A stretch of 64,000 bases of DNA, taken from the NCBI GenBank assembly GCA_043228905.1, contig JBHGNT010000026.1, positions 62,001 to 126,000 of the forward strand, in the 5' to 3' direction. Position 1 is the first letter of the stretch; every line of letters starts with the position of its first letter. This document shows positions 24,018-39,400 of this stretch, piece after piece. Under the pieces are notes generated by a model. The model was not told the DNA's origin. It saw only the letters and a program-made list of their open reading frames with translations, and did no database searches. The position numbers and the translations under genes are program-made. Source of the stretch: Azolla caroliniana. Lineage: Eukaryota > Plantae > Polypodiophyta.

Positions 24018-27000
24018 TTAGCAAATTTGAGGAGTGAGTTGAGAGGAGCCCTTGAGTAAATTAAAATGGTCATACCTAGCGAGTGTGATATCGGATTTTT
24101 GTGTACAAACATGCGAATCGAAGCTAACAACGCTAGCTATCATATGGAATTGAAAAATCAAGATTTTGAAACTCAGGTCGAGAGACATGACGAAATTAGC
24201 AAATTTGAGGAGTGAGTTGAGAGAAGCCCTTGAGTAAATTAAAATGTTCATACCTAGCGAGTGTGATATCGGAATTTTGTGTACAAACATGCGAATCGAA
24301 GCTAATAACGCTAGCTATGATATGGAATTGAAAAATCAAGATTTTGAAACTCAGGTCGAGAGACATGACGAAATTAGCAAATTTGAGGAGTGAGTTGAGA
24401 GGAGCCCTTGAGTAAATAAAAATGTTCATACCTAGCTCGTGTGATATCGGATTTTTGTGTACAAACATGCGAATCGAAGCTAACAACGCTAGCTATGACA
24501 TGGAATTAAAAAATCAACATTATGAAACTCAGGTCGAGAGACATGACGAAATTACCAAATTTGAGGAGGGAGTTAAGAAGAGCTATTAGGTAAATTAAAA
24601 TGTTCATACCTGGCTCGTGTGATATCGGATTTTTGTGTACAAACATGCGAATCGAAGCTAACAACGCTAGCTATGACATGGAATTAAAAAATCAAGATTA
24701 TGAAACTCAGGTCGAGAGACATGACGAAATTACCAAATTTGAGGAGGGAGTTAAGAAGAGCTATTAGGTAAATTAAAATGTTCATACCTGGCTCGTGTGA
24801 TATCGGATTTTTGTGTTCAAACATGCGAATCGAAGCTAACAACGCTAGCTATGACATGGAATTAAAAAATCAAGATTATGAAACTCAGGTCGAGAGACAT
24901 GACGAAATTACCAAATTTGAGGAGGGAGTTAAGAAGAGCTATTAGGTAAATTAAAATGTTCATACCTGGCTCGTGTGATATCGGATTTTTGTGTTCAAAC
25001 ATGCGAATCGAAGCTAACAACGCTAGCTATGATATAGAATTAAAAAATCAAGATTTTGACACTCAGGTCGAGAGACATGACGAAATTACCAAATTTGAGG
25101 AGTGAGTTGAGAGGAGCCCTTGAGTAAATTAAAATGTTCATACATAGCGAGTGTGATATCGGATTTTTGTGTACAAACATGCGAATCGAAGCTAACAACG
25201 CTAGCTATGATATGGAATTAAAAAATCAAGATTTTGAAACTAAGGTCGAGAGACATGACGAAATTACCAAATTTGAGGAGGGAGTTGAGAGGGGCCCTTG
25301 AGTAAATTAAAATGTTCATACCTAGCGAGTGTGATATCGGAATTTTGTGTTCAAACATGCGAATCAAACCTAACAACGCTAGCTATGATCTAGAATTAAA
25401 AAAGCAAGATTTTGAAACTCAGGTCGAGAGTCATGACGGAATTAGCAAATTTGAGGAGTGAGTTGAGAGGAGCCCTTGAGTAAATTAAAAGGGTCATACC
25501 TAGCGAGTGTGATATCGGATTTTTGTGTACAAACATGCGAATCGAAGCTAACAACGCTAGCTATCATATGGAATTAAAAAATCAAGATTTTGAAACTAAG
25601 GTCGAGAGACATGACGAAATTACCAAATTTGAGGAGGGAGTTGAGAGGAGCCCTTGAGTATATTAAAATGGTCATACCTAGCGAGTGTGATATCGGAATT
25701 TTGTGTACAAACATGCGAATTGAAGCTAACAACGCTAGCTATGATATGGAATTAAAAAATCAAGATTTTGAAACTAAGGTCGAGAGAAATGACGAAATTA
25801 CCAAATTTGAGGAGGGAGTTGAGATGAGCCCTTGAGTATATTAAAATGGTCATACCTAGCGAGTGTGATATCGGATTTTTGTGTTCAAACATGCGAATCG
25901 AAGCCAACAACGCTAGCTATGATATGGAATTAAAAAATCAAGATTTTGAAACTCAGGTCGAGAGACATGACGAAATTAGCAAATTTGAGGAGTGAGTTGA
26001 GAGGAGCCCTTGAGTAAATTAAAATGGTCATACCTAGCGAGTGTGATATCGGATTTTTGTGTACAAACATGCGAATCGAAGCTAACAACGCTAGCTATCA
26101 TATGGAATTGAGAAATCAAGATTTTGAAACTCAGGTCGAGAGACATGACGAAATTAGCAAATTTGAGGAGTGAGTTGAGAGAAGCCCTTGAGTAAATTAA
26201 AATGTTCATACCTAGCGAGTGTGATATCGGAATTTTGTGTACAAACATGCGAATCGAAGCTAACAACGCTAGCTATGATATGGAATTGAAAAATCAAGAT
26301 TTTGAAACTCAGGTCGAGAGACATGACGAAATTAGCAAATTTGAGGAGTGAGTTGAGAGGAGCCCTTGAGTAAATAAAAATGTTCATACCTAGCTCGTGT
26401 GATATCGGATTTTTGTGTACAAACATGCGAATCGAAGCTAACAACGCTAGCTATGACATGGAATTAAAAAATCAAGATTATGAAACTCAGGTCGAGAGAC
26501 ATGACGAAATTACCAAATTTGAGGAGGGAGTTAAGAAGAGCTATTAGGTAAATTAAAATGTTCATACCTGGCTCGTGTGATATCGGATTTTTGTGTTCAA
26601 ACATGCGAATCGAAGCTAACAACGCTAGCTATGATATAGAATTAAAAAATCAAGATTTTGAAACTCAGGTCGAGAGACATGACGAAATTAGCAAATTTGA
26701 GGAGGGAGTTGAGAGAAGCCCTTGAGTAAATTAAAATGTTCATACCTAGCGAGTGTGATATCGGAATTTTGTGTACAAACATGCGAATCGAAGCTAACAA
26801 CGCTAGCTATGATATGGAATTGAAAAATCAAGATTTTGAAACTCAGGTCGAGAGACATGACGAAATTAGCAAATTTGAGGAGTGAGTTGAGAGGAGCCCT
26901 TGAGTAAATAAAAATGTTCATACCTAGCTCGTGTGATATCGGATTTTTGTGTACAAACATGCGAATCGAAGCCAACAACGCTAGCTATGACATGGAATTA

Positions 27001-30000
27001 AAAAATCAAGATTATGAAACTCAGGTCGAGAGACATGACGAAATTACCAAATTTGAGGAGGGAGTTAAGAAGAGCTATTAGGTAAATTAAAATGTTCATA
27101 CCTGGCTCGTGTGATATCGGATTTTTGTGTTCAAACATGCGAATCGAAGCTAACAACGCTAGCTATGATATAGAATTAAAAAATCAAGATTTTGACACTC
27201 AGGTCGAGAGACATGACGAAATTACCAAATTTGAGGAGTGAGTTGAGAGGAGCCCTTGAGTAAATTAAAATGTTCATACATAGCGAGTGTGATATCGGAT
27301 TTTTGTGTACAAACATGCGAATCGAAGCTAACAACGCTAGCTATGATATGGAATTAAAAAATCAAGATTTTGAAACTAAGGTCGAGAGACATGACAAAAT
27401 TACCAAATTTGAGGAGGGAGTTGAGAGGGGCCCTTGAGTAAATTAAAATGTTCATACCTAGCGAGTGTGATATCAGAATTTTGTGTTCAAACATGCGAAT
27501 CAAACCTAACAACGCTAGCTATGATCTAGAATTAAAAAAGCAAGATTTTGAAACTCAGGTCGAGAGTCATGACGGAATTAGCAAATTTGAGGAGTGAGTT
27601 GAGAGGAGCCCTTGAGTAAATTAAAATGGTCATACCTAGCGAGTGTGATATCGGAATTTTGTGTTCAAACATGCGAATCAAACCTAACAACGCTAGCTAT
27701 GATATGGACTTAAAAAATCAAGATTTTGAAACTCAGGTCGAGAGACATGACGAAATTACCAACTTTGAGGAGTGAGTTGAGAGAAGCCCTTGAGTAAATT
27801 AAAATGTTCATACCTAGCGAGTGTGATATCGGAATTTTGTGTACAAACATGCGAATCGAAGCTAACAACGCTAGCTATCCTATGGAATTGAAAAATCAAG
27901 ATTTTGAAACTCAGGTCGAGAGACATGACGAAATTAGCAAATTTGAGGAGTGAGTTGAGAGAAGCCCTTGAGTAAATTAAAATGTTCATACCTAGCGAGT
28001 GTGATATCGGAATTTTGTGTACAAACATGCGAATCGAAGCTAATAACGCTAGCTATGATATGGAATTGAAAAATCAAGATTTTGAAACTCAGGTCGAGAG
28101 ACATGACGAAATTAGCAAATTTGAGGAGTGAGTTGAGAGAAGCCCTTGAGTAAATTAAAATGTTCATACCTAGCGAGTGTGATATCGGAATTTTGTGTAC
28201 AAACATGCTAATCGAAGCTAACAACGCTAGCTATGATATGGAATTGAAAAATCAAGATTTTGAAACTCAGGTCGAGAGACATGACGAAATTACCAAATTT
28301 GAGGAGTGAGTTGAGAGGAGCCCTTGAGTAAATAAAAATGTTCATACCTAGCTCGTGTGATATCGGATTTTTGTGTACAAACATGCGAATCGAAGCTAAC
28401 AACGCTAGCTATGACATGGAATTAAAAAATCAAGATTATGAAACTCAGGTCGAGAGACATGACGAAATTACCAAATTTGAGGAGGGAGTTAAGAAGAGCT
28501 ATTAGGTAAATTAAAATGTTCATACCTGGCTCGTGTGATATCGGATTTTTGTGTTCAAACATGCGAATCTAAGCTAACAACGCTAGCTATGATATAGAAT
28601 TAAAAAATCAAGATTTTGAAACTCAGGTCGAGAGACATGACGAAATTAGCAAATTTGAGGAGGGAGTTGAGAGAAGCCCTTGAGTAAATTAAAATGTTCA
28701 TACCTAGCGAGTGTGATATCGGAATTTTGTGTACAAACATGCGAATCGAAGCTAACAACGCTAGCTATGATATGGAATTGAAAAATCAAGATTTTGAAAC
28801 TCAGGTCGAGAGACATGACGAAATTAGCAAATTTGAGGAGTGAGTTGAGAGGAGCCCTTGAGTAAATAAAAATGTTCATACCTAGCTCGTGTGATATCGG
28901 ATTTTTGTGTACAAACATGCGAATCGAAGCCAACAACGCTAGCTATGACATGGAATTAAAAAATCAAGATTATGAAACTCAGGTCGAGAGACATGACGAA
29001 ATTACCAAATTTGAGGAGGGAGTTAAGAAGAGCTATTAGGTAAATTAAAATGTTCATACCTGGCTCGTGTGATATCGGATTTTTGTGTTCAAACATGCGA
29101 ATCGAAGCTAACAACGCTAGCTATGATATAGAATTAAAAAATCAAGATTTTGACACTCAGGTCGAGAGACATGACGAAATTACCAAATTTGAGGAGTGAG
29201 TTGAGAGGAGCCCTTGAGTAAATTAAAATGTTCATACATAGCGAGTGTGATATCGGATTTTTGTGTACAAACATGCGAATCGAAGCTAACAACGCTAGCT
29301 ATGATATGGAATTAAAAAATCAAGATTTTGAAACTAAGGTCGAGAGACATGACAAAATTACCAAATTTGAGGAGGGAGTTGAGAGGGGCCCTTGAGTAAA
29401 TTAAAATGTTCATACCTAGCGAGTGTGATATCAGAATTTTGTGTTCAAACATGCGAATCAAACCTAACAACGCTAGCTATGATCTAGAATTAAAAAAGCA
29501 AGATTTTGAAACTCAGGTCGAGAGTCATGACGGAATTAGCAAATTTGAGGAGTGAGTTGAGAGGAGCCCTTGAGTAAATTAAAATGGTCATACCTAGCGA
29601 GTGTGATATCGGAATTTTGTGTTCAAACATGCGAATCAAACCTAACAACGCTAGCTATGATATGGACTTAAAAAATCAAGATTTTGAAACTCAGGTCGAG
29701 AGACATGACGAAATTACCAACTTTGAGGAGTGAGTTGAGAGAAGCCCTTGAGTAAATTAAAATGTTCATACCTAGCGAGTGTGATATCGGAATTTTGTGT
29801 ACAAACATGCGAATCGAAGCTAACAACGCTAGCTATCATATGGAATTGAAAAATCAAGATTTTGAAACTCAGGTCGAGAGACATGACGAAATTAGCAAAT
29901 TTGAGGAGTGAGTTGAGAGAAGCCCTTGAGTAAATTAAAATGTTCATACCTAGCGAGTGTGATATCGGAATTTTGTGTACAAACATGCGAATCGAAGCTA

Positions 30001-33000
30001 ATAACGCTAGCTATGATATGGAATTGAAAAATCAAGATTTTGAAACTCAGGTCGAGAGACATGACGAAATTAGCAAATTTGAGGAGTGAGTTGAGAGGAG
30101 CCCTTGAGTAAATAAAAATGTTCATACCTAGCTCGTGTGATATCGGATTTTTGTGTACAAACATGCGAATCGAAGCTAACAACGCTAGCTATGACATGGA
30201 ATTAAAAAATCAAGATTATGAAACTCAGGTCGAGAGACATGACGAAATTACCAAATTTGAGGAGGGAGTTAAGAAGAGCTATTAGGTAAATTAAAATGTT
30301 CATACCTGGCTCGTGTGATATCGGATTTTTGTGTACAAACATGCGAATCGAAGCTAACAACGCTAGCTATGACATGGAATTAAAAAATCAAGATTATGAA
30401 ACTCAGGTCGAGAGACATGACGAAATTACCAAATTTGAGGAGGGAGTTAAGAAGAGCTATTAGGTAAATTAAAATGTTCATACCTGGCTCGTGTGATATC
30501 GGATTTTTGTGTTCAAACATGCGAATCGAAGCTAACAACGCTAGCTATGACATGGAATTAAAAAATCAAGATTATGAAACTCAGGTCGAGAGACATGACG
30601 AAATTACCAAATTTGAGGAGGGAGTTAAGAAGAGCTATTAGGTAAATTAAAATGTTCATACCTGGCTCGTGTGATATCGGATTTTTGTGTTCAAACATGC
30701 GAATCGAAGCTAACAACGCTAGCTATGATATAGAATTAAAAAATCAAGATTTTGACACTCAGGTCGAGAGACATGACGAAATTACCAAATTTGAGGAGTG
30801 AGTTGAGAGGAGCCCTTGAGTAAATTAAAATGTTCATACATAGCGAGTGTGATATCGGATTTTTGTGTACAAACATGCGAATCGAAGCTAACAACGCTAG
30901 CTATGATATGGAATTAAAAAATCAAGATTTTGAAACTAAGGTCGAGAGACATGACGAAATTACCAAATTTGAGGAGGGAGTTGAGAGGGGCCCTTGAGTA
31001 AATTAAAATGTTCATACCTAGCGAGTGTGATATCGGAATTTTGTGTTCAAACATGCGAATCAAACCTAACAACGCTAGCTATGATCTAGAATTAAAAAAG
31101 CAAGATTTTGAAACTCAGGTCGAGAGTCATGACGGAATTAGCAAATTTGAGGAGTGAGTTGAGAGGAGCCCTTGAGTAAATTAAAAGGGTCATACCTAGC
31201 GAGTGTGATATCGGATTTTTGTGTACAAACATGCGAATCGAAGCTAACAACGCTAGCTATCATATGGAATTAAAAAATCAAGATTTTGAAACTAAGGTCG
31301 AGAGACATGACGAAATTACCAAATTTGAGGAGGGAGTTGAGAGGAGCCCTTGAGTATATTAAAATGGTCATACCTAGCGAGTGTGATATCGGAATTTTGT
31401 GTACAAACATGCGAATTGAAGCTAACAACGCTAGCTATGATATGGACTTAAAAAATCAAGATTTTGAAACTAAGGTCGAGAGAAATGACGAAATTACCAA
31501 ATTTGAGGAGGGAGTTGAGATGAGCCCTTGAGTATATTAAAATGGTCATACCTAGCGAGTGTGATATCGGATTTTTGTGTTCAAACATGCGAATCGAAGC
31601 CAACAACGCTAGCTATGATATGGAATTAAAAAATCAAGATTTTGAAACTCAGGTCGAGAGACATGACGAAATTAGCAAATTTGAGGAGTGAGTTGAGAGG
31701 AGCCCTTGAGTAAATTAAAATGGTCATACCTAGCGAGTGTGATATCGGATTTTTGTGTACAAACATGCGAATCGAAGCTAACAACGCTAGCTATCATATG
31801 GAATTGAGAAATCAAGATTTTGAAACTCAGGTCGAGAGACATGACGAAATTAGCAAATTTGAGGAGTGAGTTGAGAGAAGCCCTTGAGTAAATTAAAATG
31901 TTCATACCTAGCGAGTGTGATATCGGAATTTTGTGTACAAACATGCGAATCGAAGCTAACAACGCTAGCTATGATATGGAATTGAAAAATCAAGATTTTG
32001 AAACTCAGGTCGAGAGACATGACGAAATTAGCAAATTTGAGGAGTGAGTTGAGAGGAGCCCTTGAGTAAATAAAAATGTTCATACCTAGCTCGTGTGATA
32101 TCGGATTTTTGTGTACAAACATGCGAATCGAAGCTAACAACGCTAGCTATGACATGGAATTAAAAAATCAAGATTATGAAACTCAGGTCGAGAGACATGA
32201 CGAAATTACCAAATTTGAGGAGGGAGTTAAGAAGAGCTATTAGGTAAATTAAAATGTTCATACCTGGCTCGTGTGATATCGGATTTTTGTGTTCAAACAT
32301 GCGAATCGAAGCTAACAACGCTAGCTATGATATAGAATTAAAAAATCAAGATTTTGAAACTCAGGTCGAGAGACATGACGAAATTAGCAAATTTGAGGAG
32401 GGAGTTGAGAGAAGCCCTTGAGTAAATTAAAATGTTCATACCTAGCGAGTGTGATATCGGAATTTTGTGTACAAACATGCGAATCGAAGCTAACAACGCT
32501 AGCTATGATATGGAATTGAAAAATCAAGATTTTGAAACTCAGGTCGAGAGACATGACGAAATTAGCAAATTTGAGGAGTGAGTTGAGAGGAGCCCTTGAG
32601 TAAATAAAAATGTTCATACCTAGCTCGTGTGATATCGGATTTTTGTGTACAAACATGCGAATCGAAGCCAACAACGCTAGCTATGACATGGAATTAAAAA
32701 ATCAAGATTATGAAACTCAGGTCGAGAGACATGACGAAATTACCAAATTTGAGGAGGGAGTTAAGAAGAGCTATTAGGTAAATTAAAATGTTCATACCTG
32801 GCTCGTGTGATATCGGATTTTTGTGTTCAAACATGCGAATCGAAGCTAACAACGCTAGCTATGATATAGAATTAAAAAATCAAGATTTTGACACTCAGGT
32901 CGAGAGACATGACGAAATTACCAAATTTGAGGAGTGAGTTGAGAGGAGCCCTTGAGTAAATTAAAATGTTCATACATAGCGAGTGTGATATCGGATTTTT

Positions 33001-33451
33001 GTGTACAAACATGCGAATCGAAGCTAACAACGCTAGCTATGATATGGAATTAAAAAATCAAGATTTTGAAACTAAGGTCGAGAGACATGACAAAATTACC
33101 AAATTTGAGGAGGGAGTTGAGAGGGGCCCTTGAGTAAATTAAAATGTTCATACCTAGCGAGTGTGATATCAGAATTTTGTGTTCAAACATGCGAATCAAA
33201 CCTAACAACGCTAGCTATGATCTAGAATTAAAAAAGCAAGATTTTGAAACTCAGGTCGAGAGTCATGACGGAATTAGCAAATTTGAGGAGTGAGTTGAGA
33301 GGAGCCCTTGAGTAAATTAAAATGGTCATACCTAGCGAGTGTGATATCGGAATTTTGTGTTCAAACATGCGAATCAAACCTAACAACGCTAGCTATGATA
33401 TGGACTTAAAAAATCAAGATTTTGAAACTCAGGTCGAGAGACATGACGAAA
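24018..33451. repeat. 21-monomer block 'X' present twice, separated by an 11-monomer partial duplication
   Basis: ORF pairs 24196/29892, 25590/31286, 25976/31672 and 26688/32384 are offset by 5696 (32 monomers). 26688/28646 and the GATATCAG variant at 27473/29431 are offset by 1958 (11 monomers). Confidence 0.85.
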
Positions 33452-36400
33452 TTACCAACTTTGAGGAGTGAGTTGAGAGAAGCCCTTGAGTAAATTAAAA
33501 TGTTCATACCTAGCGAGTGTGATATCGGAATTTTGTGTACAAACATGCGAATCGAAGCTAACAACGCTAGCTATGATATGGAATTGAAAAATCAAGATTT
33601 TGAAACTCAGGTCGAGAGACATGACGAAATTAGCAAATTTGAGGAGTGAGTTGAGAGGAGCCCTTGAGTAAATAAAAATGTTCATACCTAGCTCGTGTGA
33701 TATCGGATTTTTGTGTACAAACATGCGAATCGAAGCTAACAACGCTAGCTATGACATGGAATTAAAAAATCAAGATTATGAAACTCAGGTCGAGAGACAT
33801 GACGAAATTACCAAATTTGAGGAGGGAGTTAAGAAGAGCTATTAGGTAAATTAAAATGTTCATACCTGGCTCGTGTGATATCGGATTTTTGTGTACAAAC
33901 ATGCGAATTGAAGCTAACAACGCTAGCTATGATATGGAATTAAAAAATCAAGATTTTGAAACTAAGGTCGAGAGAAATGACGAAATTACCAAATTTGAGG
34001 AGGGAGTTGAGAGGAGCCCTTGAGTATATTAAAATGGTCATACCTAGCGAGTGTGATATCGGATTTTTGTGTTCAAACATGCGAATCGAAGCCAACAACG
34101 CTAGCTATGATATGGAATTAAAAAATCAAGATTTTGAAACTCAGGTCGAGAGACATGACGAAATTAGCAAATTTGAGGAGTGAGTTGAGAGGAGCCCTTG
34201 AGTAAATTAAAATGGTCATACCTAGCGAGTGTGATATCGGATTTTTGTGTACAAACATGCGAATCGAAGCTAACAACGCTAGCTATGACATGGAATTAAA
34301 AAATCAAGATTATGAAACTCAGGTCGAGAGACATGACGAAATTACCAAATTTGAGGAGGGAGTTAAGAAGAGCTATTAGGTAAATTAAAATGTTCATACC
34401 TGGCTCGTGTGATATCGGAATTTTGTGTTCAAACATGCGAATCAAACCTAACAACGCTAGCTATGATCTAGAATTAAAAAAGCAAGATTTTGAAACTCAG
34501 GTCGAGAGTCATGACGGAATTAGCAAATTTGAGGAGTGAGTTGAGAGGAGCCCTTGAGTAAATTAAAATGGTCATACCTAGCGAGTGTGATATCGGATTT
34601 TTGTGTACAAACATGCGAATCGAAGCTAACAACGCTAGCTATCATATGGAATTGAAAAATCAAGATTTTGAAACTCAGGTCGAGAGACATGACGAAATTA
34701 GCAAATTTGAGGAGTGAGTTGAGAGAAGCCCTTGAGTAAATTAAAATGTTCATACCTAGCGAGTGTGATATCGGAATTTTGTGTACAAACATGCGAATCG
34801 AAGCTAATAACGCTAGCTATGATATGGAATTGAAAAATCAAGATTTTGAAACTCAGGTCGAGAGACATGACGAAATTAGCAAATTTGAGGAGTGAGTTGA
34901 GAGGAGCCCTTGAGTAAATAAAAATGTTCATACCTAGCTCGTGTGATATCGGATTTTTGTGTACAAACATGCGAATCGAAGCTAACAACGCTAGCTATGA
35001 CATGGAATTAAAAAATCAAGATTATGAAACTCAGGTCGAGAGACATGACGAAATTACCAAATTTGAGGAGGGAGTTAAGAAGAGCTATTAGGTAAATTAA
35101 AATGTTCATACCTGGCTCGTGTGATATCGGATTTTTGTGTACAAACATGCGAATTGAAGCTAACAACGCTAGCTATGATATGGAATTAAAAAATCAAGAT
35201 TTTGAAACTAAGGTCGAGAGAAATGACGAAATTACCAAATTTGAGGAGGGAGTTGAGAGGAGCCCTTGAGTATATTAAAATGGTCATACCTAGCGAGTGT
35301 GATATCGGATTTTTGTGTTCAAACATGCGAATCGAAGCCAACAACGCTAGCTATGATATGGAATTAAAAAATCAAGATTTTGAAACTCAGGTCGAGAGAC
35401 ATGACGAAATTAGCAAATTTGAGGAGTGAGTTGAGAGGAGCCCTTGAGTATATTAAAATGGTCATACCTAGCGAGTGTGATATCGGATTTTTGTGTACAA
35501 ACATGCGAATCGAAGCTAACAACGCTAGCTATCATATGGAATTGAGAAATCAAGATTTTGAAACTCAGGTCGAGAGACATGACGAAATTAGCAAATTTGA
35601 GGAGTGAGTTGAGAGAAGCCCTTGAGTAAATTAAAATGTTCATACCTAGCGAGTGTGATATCGGAATTTTGTGTACAAACATGCGAATCGAAGCTAACAA
35701 CGCTAGCTATGATATGGAATTGAAAAATCAAGATTTTGAAACTCAGGTCGAGAGACATGACGAAATTAGCAAATTTGAGGAGTGAGTTGAGAGGAGCCCT
35801 TGAGTAAATAAAAATGTTCATACCTAGCTCGTGTGATATCGGATTTTTGTGTACAAACATGCGAATCGAAGCTAACAACGCTAGCTATGACATGGAATTA
35901 AAAAATCAAGATTATGAAACTCAGGTCGAGAGACATGACGAAATTACCAAATTTGAGGAGGGAGTTAAGAAGAGCTATTAGGTAAATTAAAATGTTCATA
36001 CCTGGCTCGTGTGATATCGGATTTTTGTGTTCAAACATGCGAATCGAAGCTAACAACGCTAGCTATGATATAGAATTAAAAAATCAAGATTTTGAAACTC
36101 AGGTCGAGAGACATGACGAAATTAGCAAATTTGAGGAGGGAGTTGAGAGAAGCCCTTGAGTAAATTAAAATGTTCATACCTAGCGAGTGTGATATCGGAA
36201 TTTTGTGTACAAACATGCGAATCGAAGCTAACAACGCTAGCTATGATATGGAATTGAAAAATCAAGATTTTGAAACTCAGGTCGAGAGACATGACGAAAT
36301 TAGCAAATTTGAGGAGTGAGTTGAGATGAGCCCTTGAGTAAATAAAAATGTTCATACCTAGCTCGTGTGATATCGGATTTTTGTGTACAAACATGCGAAT

Positions 36401-39400
36401 CGAAGCCAACAACGCTAGCTATGACATGGAATTAAAAAATCAAGATTATGAAACTCAGGTCGAGAGACATGACGAAATTACCAAATTTGAGGAGGGAGTT
36501 AAGAAGAGCTATTAGGTAAATTAAAATGTTCATACCTGGCTCGTGTGATATCGGATTTTTGTGTTCAAACATGCGAATCGAAGCTAACAACGCTAGCTAT
36601 GATATAGAATTAAAAAATCAAGATTTTGACACTCAGGTCGAGAGACATGACGAAATTACCAAATTTGAGGAGTGAGTTGAGAGGAGCCCTTGAGTAAATT
36701 AAAATGTTCATACATAGCGAGTGTGATATCGGATTTTTGTGTACAAACATGCGAATCGAAGCTAACAACGCTAGCTATGATATGGAATTAAAAAATCAAG
36801 ATTTTGAAACTAAGGTCGAGAGACATGACAAAATTACCAAATTTGAGGAGGGAGTTGAGAGGGGCCCTTGAGTAAATTAAAATGTTCATACCTAGCGAGT
36901 GTGATATCAGAATTTTGTGTTCAAACATGCGAATCAAACCTAACAACGCTAGCTATGATCTAGAATTAAAAAAGCAAGATTTTGAAACTCAGGTCGAGAG
37001 TCATGACGGAATTAGCAAATTTGAGGAGTGAGTTGAGAGGAGCCCTTGAGTAAATTAAAATGGTCATACCTAGCGAGTGTGATATCGGAATTTTGTGTTC
37101 AAACATGCGAATCAAACCTAACAACGCTAGCTATGATATGGACTTAAAAAATCAAGATTTTGAAACTCAGGTCGAGAGACATGACGAAATTACCAACTTT
37201 GAGGAGTGAGTTGAGAGAAGCCCTTGAGTAAATTAAAATGTTCATACCTAGCGAGTGTGATATCGGAATTTTGTGTACAAACATGCGAATCGAAGCTAAC
37301 AACGCTAGCTATGATATGGAATTGAAAAATCAAGATTTTGAAACTCAGGTCGAGAGACATGACGAAATTAGCAAATTTGAGGAGTGAGTTGAGAGGAGCC
37401 CTTGAGTAAATAAAAATGTTCATACCTAGCTCGTGTGATATCGGATTTTTGTGTACAAACATGCGAATCGAAGCTAACAACGCTAGCTATGACATGGAAT
37501 TAAAAAATCAAGATTATGAAACTCAGGTCGAGAGACATGACGAAATTACCAAATTTGAGGAGGGAGTTAAGAAGAGCTATTAGGTAAATTAAAATGTTCA
37601 TACCTGGCTCGTGTGATATCGGATTTTTGTGTACAAACATGCGAATTGAAGCTAACAACGCTAGCTATGATATGGAATTAAAAAATCAAGATTTTGAAAC
37701 TAAGGTCGAGAGAAATGACGAAATTACCAAATTTGAGGAGGGAGTTGAGAGGAGCCCTTGAGTATATTAAAATGGTCATACCTAGCGAGTGTGATATCGG
37801 ATTTTTGTGTTCAAACATGCGAATCGAAGCCAACAACGCTAGCTATGATATGGAATTAAAAAATCAAGATTTTGAAACTCAGGTCGAGAGACATGACGAA
37901 ATTAGCAAATTTGAGGAGTGAGTTGAGAGGAGCCCTTGAGTAAATTAAAATGGTCATACCTAGCGAGTGTGATATCGGATTTTTGTGTACAAACATGCGA
38001 ATCGAAGCTAACAACGCTAGCTATGACATGGAATTAAAAAATCAAGATTATGAAACTCAGGTCGAGAGACATGACGAAATTACCAAATTTGAGGAGGGAG
38101 TTAAGAAGAGCTATTAGGTAAATTAAAATGTTCATACCTGGCTCGTGTGATATCGGAATTTTGTGTTCAAACATGCGAATCAAACCTAACAACGCTAGCT
38201 ATGATCTAGAATTAAAAAAGCAAGATTTTGAAACTCAGGTCGAGAGTCATGACGGAATTAGCAAATTTGAGGAGTGAGTTGAGAGGAGCCCTTGAGTAAA
38301 TTAAAATGGTCATACCTAGCGAGTGTGATATCGGATTTTTGTGTACAAACATGCGAATCGAAGCTAACAACGCTAGCTATCATATGGAATTGAAAAATCA
38401 AGATTTTGAAACTCAGGTCGAGAGACATGACGAAATTAGCAAATTTGAGGAGTGAGTTGAGAGAAGCCCTTGAGTAAATTAAAATGTTCATACCTAGCGA
38501 GTGTGATATCGGAATTTTGTGTACAAACATGCGAATCGAAGCTAATAACGCTAGCTATGATATGGAATTGAAAAATCAAGATTTTGAAACTCAGGTCGAG
38601 AGACATGACGAAATTAGCAAATTTGAGGAGTGAGTTGAGAGGAGCCCTTGAGTAAATAAAAATGTTCATACCTAGCTCGTGTGATATCGGATTTTTGTGT
38701 ACAAACATGCGAATCGAAGCTAACAACGCTAGCTATGACATGGAATTAAAAAATCAAGATTATGAAACTCAGGTCGAGAGACATGACGAAATTACCAAAT
38801 TTGAGGAGGGAGTTAAGAAGAGCTATTAGGTAAATTAAAATGTTCATACCTGGCTCGTGTGATATCGGATTTTTGTGTACAAACATGCGAATTGAAGCTA
38901 ACAACGCTAGCTATGATATGGAATTAAAAAATCAAGATTTTGAAACTAAGGTCGAGAGAAATGACGAAATTACCAAATTTGAGGAGGGAGTTGAGAGGAG
39001 CCCTTGAGTATATTAAAATGGTCATACCTAGCGAGTGTGATATCGGATTTTTGTGTTCAAACATGCGAATCGAAGCCAACAACGCTAGCTATGATCTAGA
39101 ATTAAAAAATCAAGATTTTGAAACTCAGGTCGAGAGACATGACGAAATTAGCAAATTTGAGGAGTGAGTTGAGAGGAGCCCTTGAGTATATTAAAATGGT
39201 CATACCTAGCGAGTGTGATATCGGATTTTTGTGTACAAACATGCGAATCGAAGCTAACAACGCTAGCTATCATATGGAATTGAGAAATCAAGATTTTGAA
39301 ACTCAGGTCGAGAGACATGACGAAATTAGCAAATTTGAGGAGTGAGTTGAGAGAAGCCCTTGAGTAAATTAAAATGTTCATACCTAGCGAGTGTGATATC

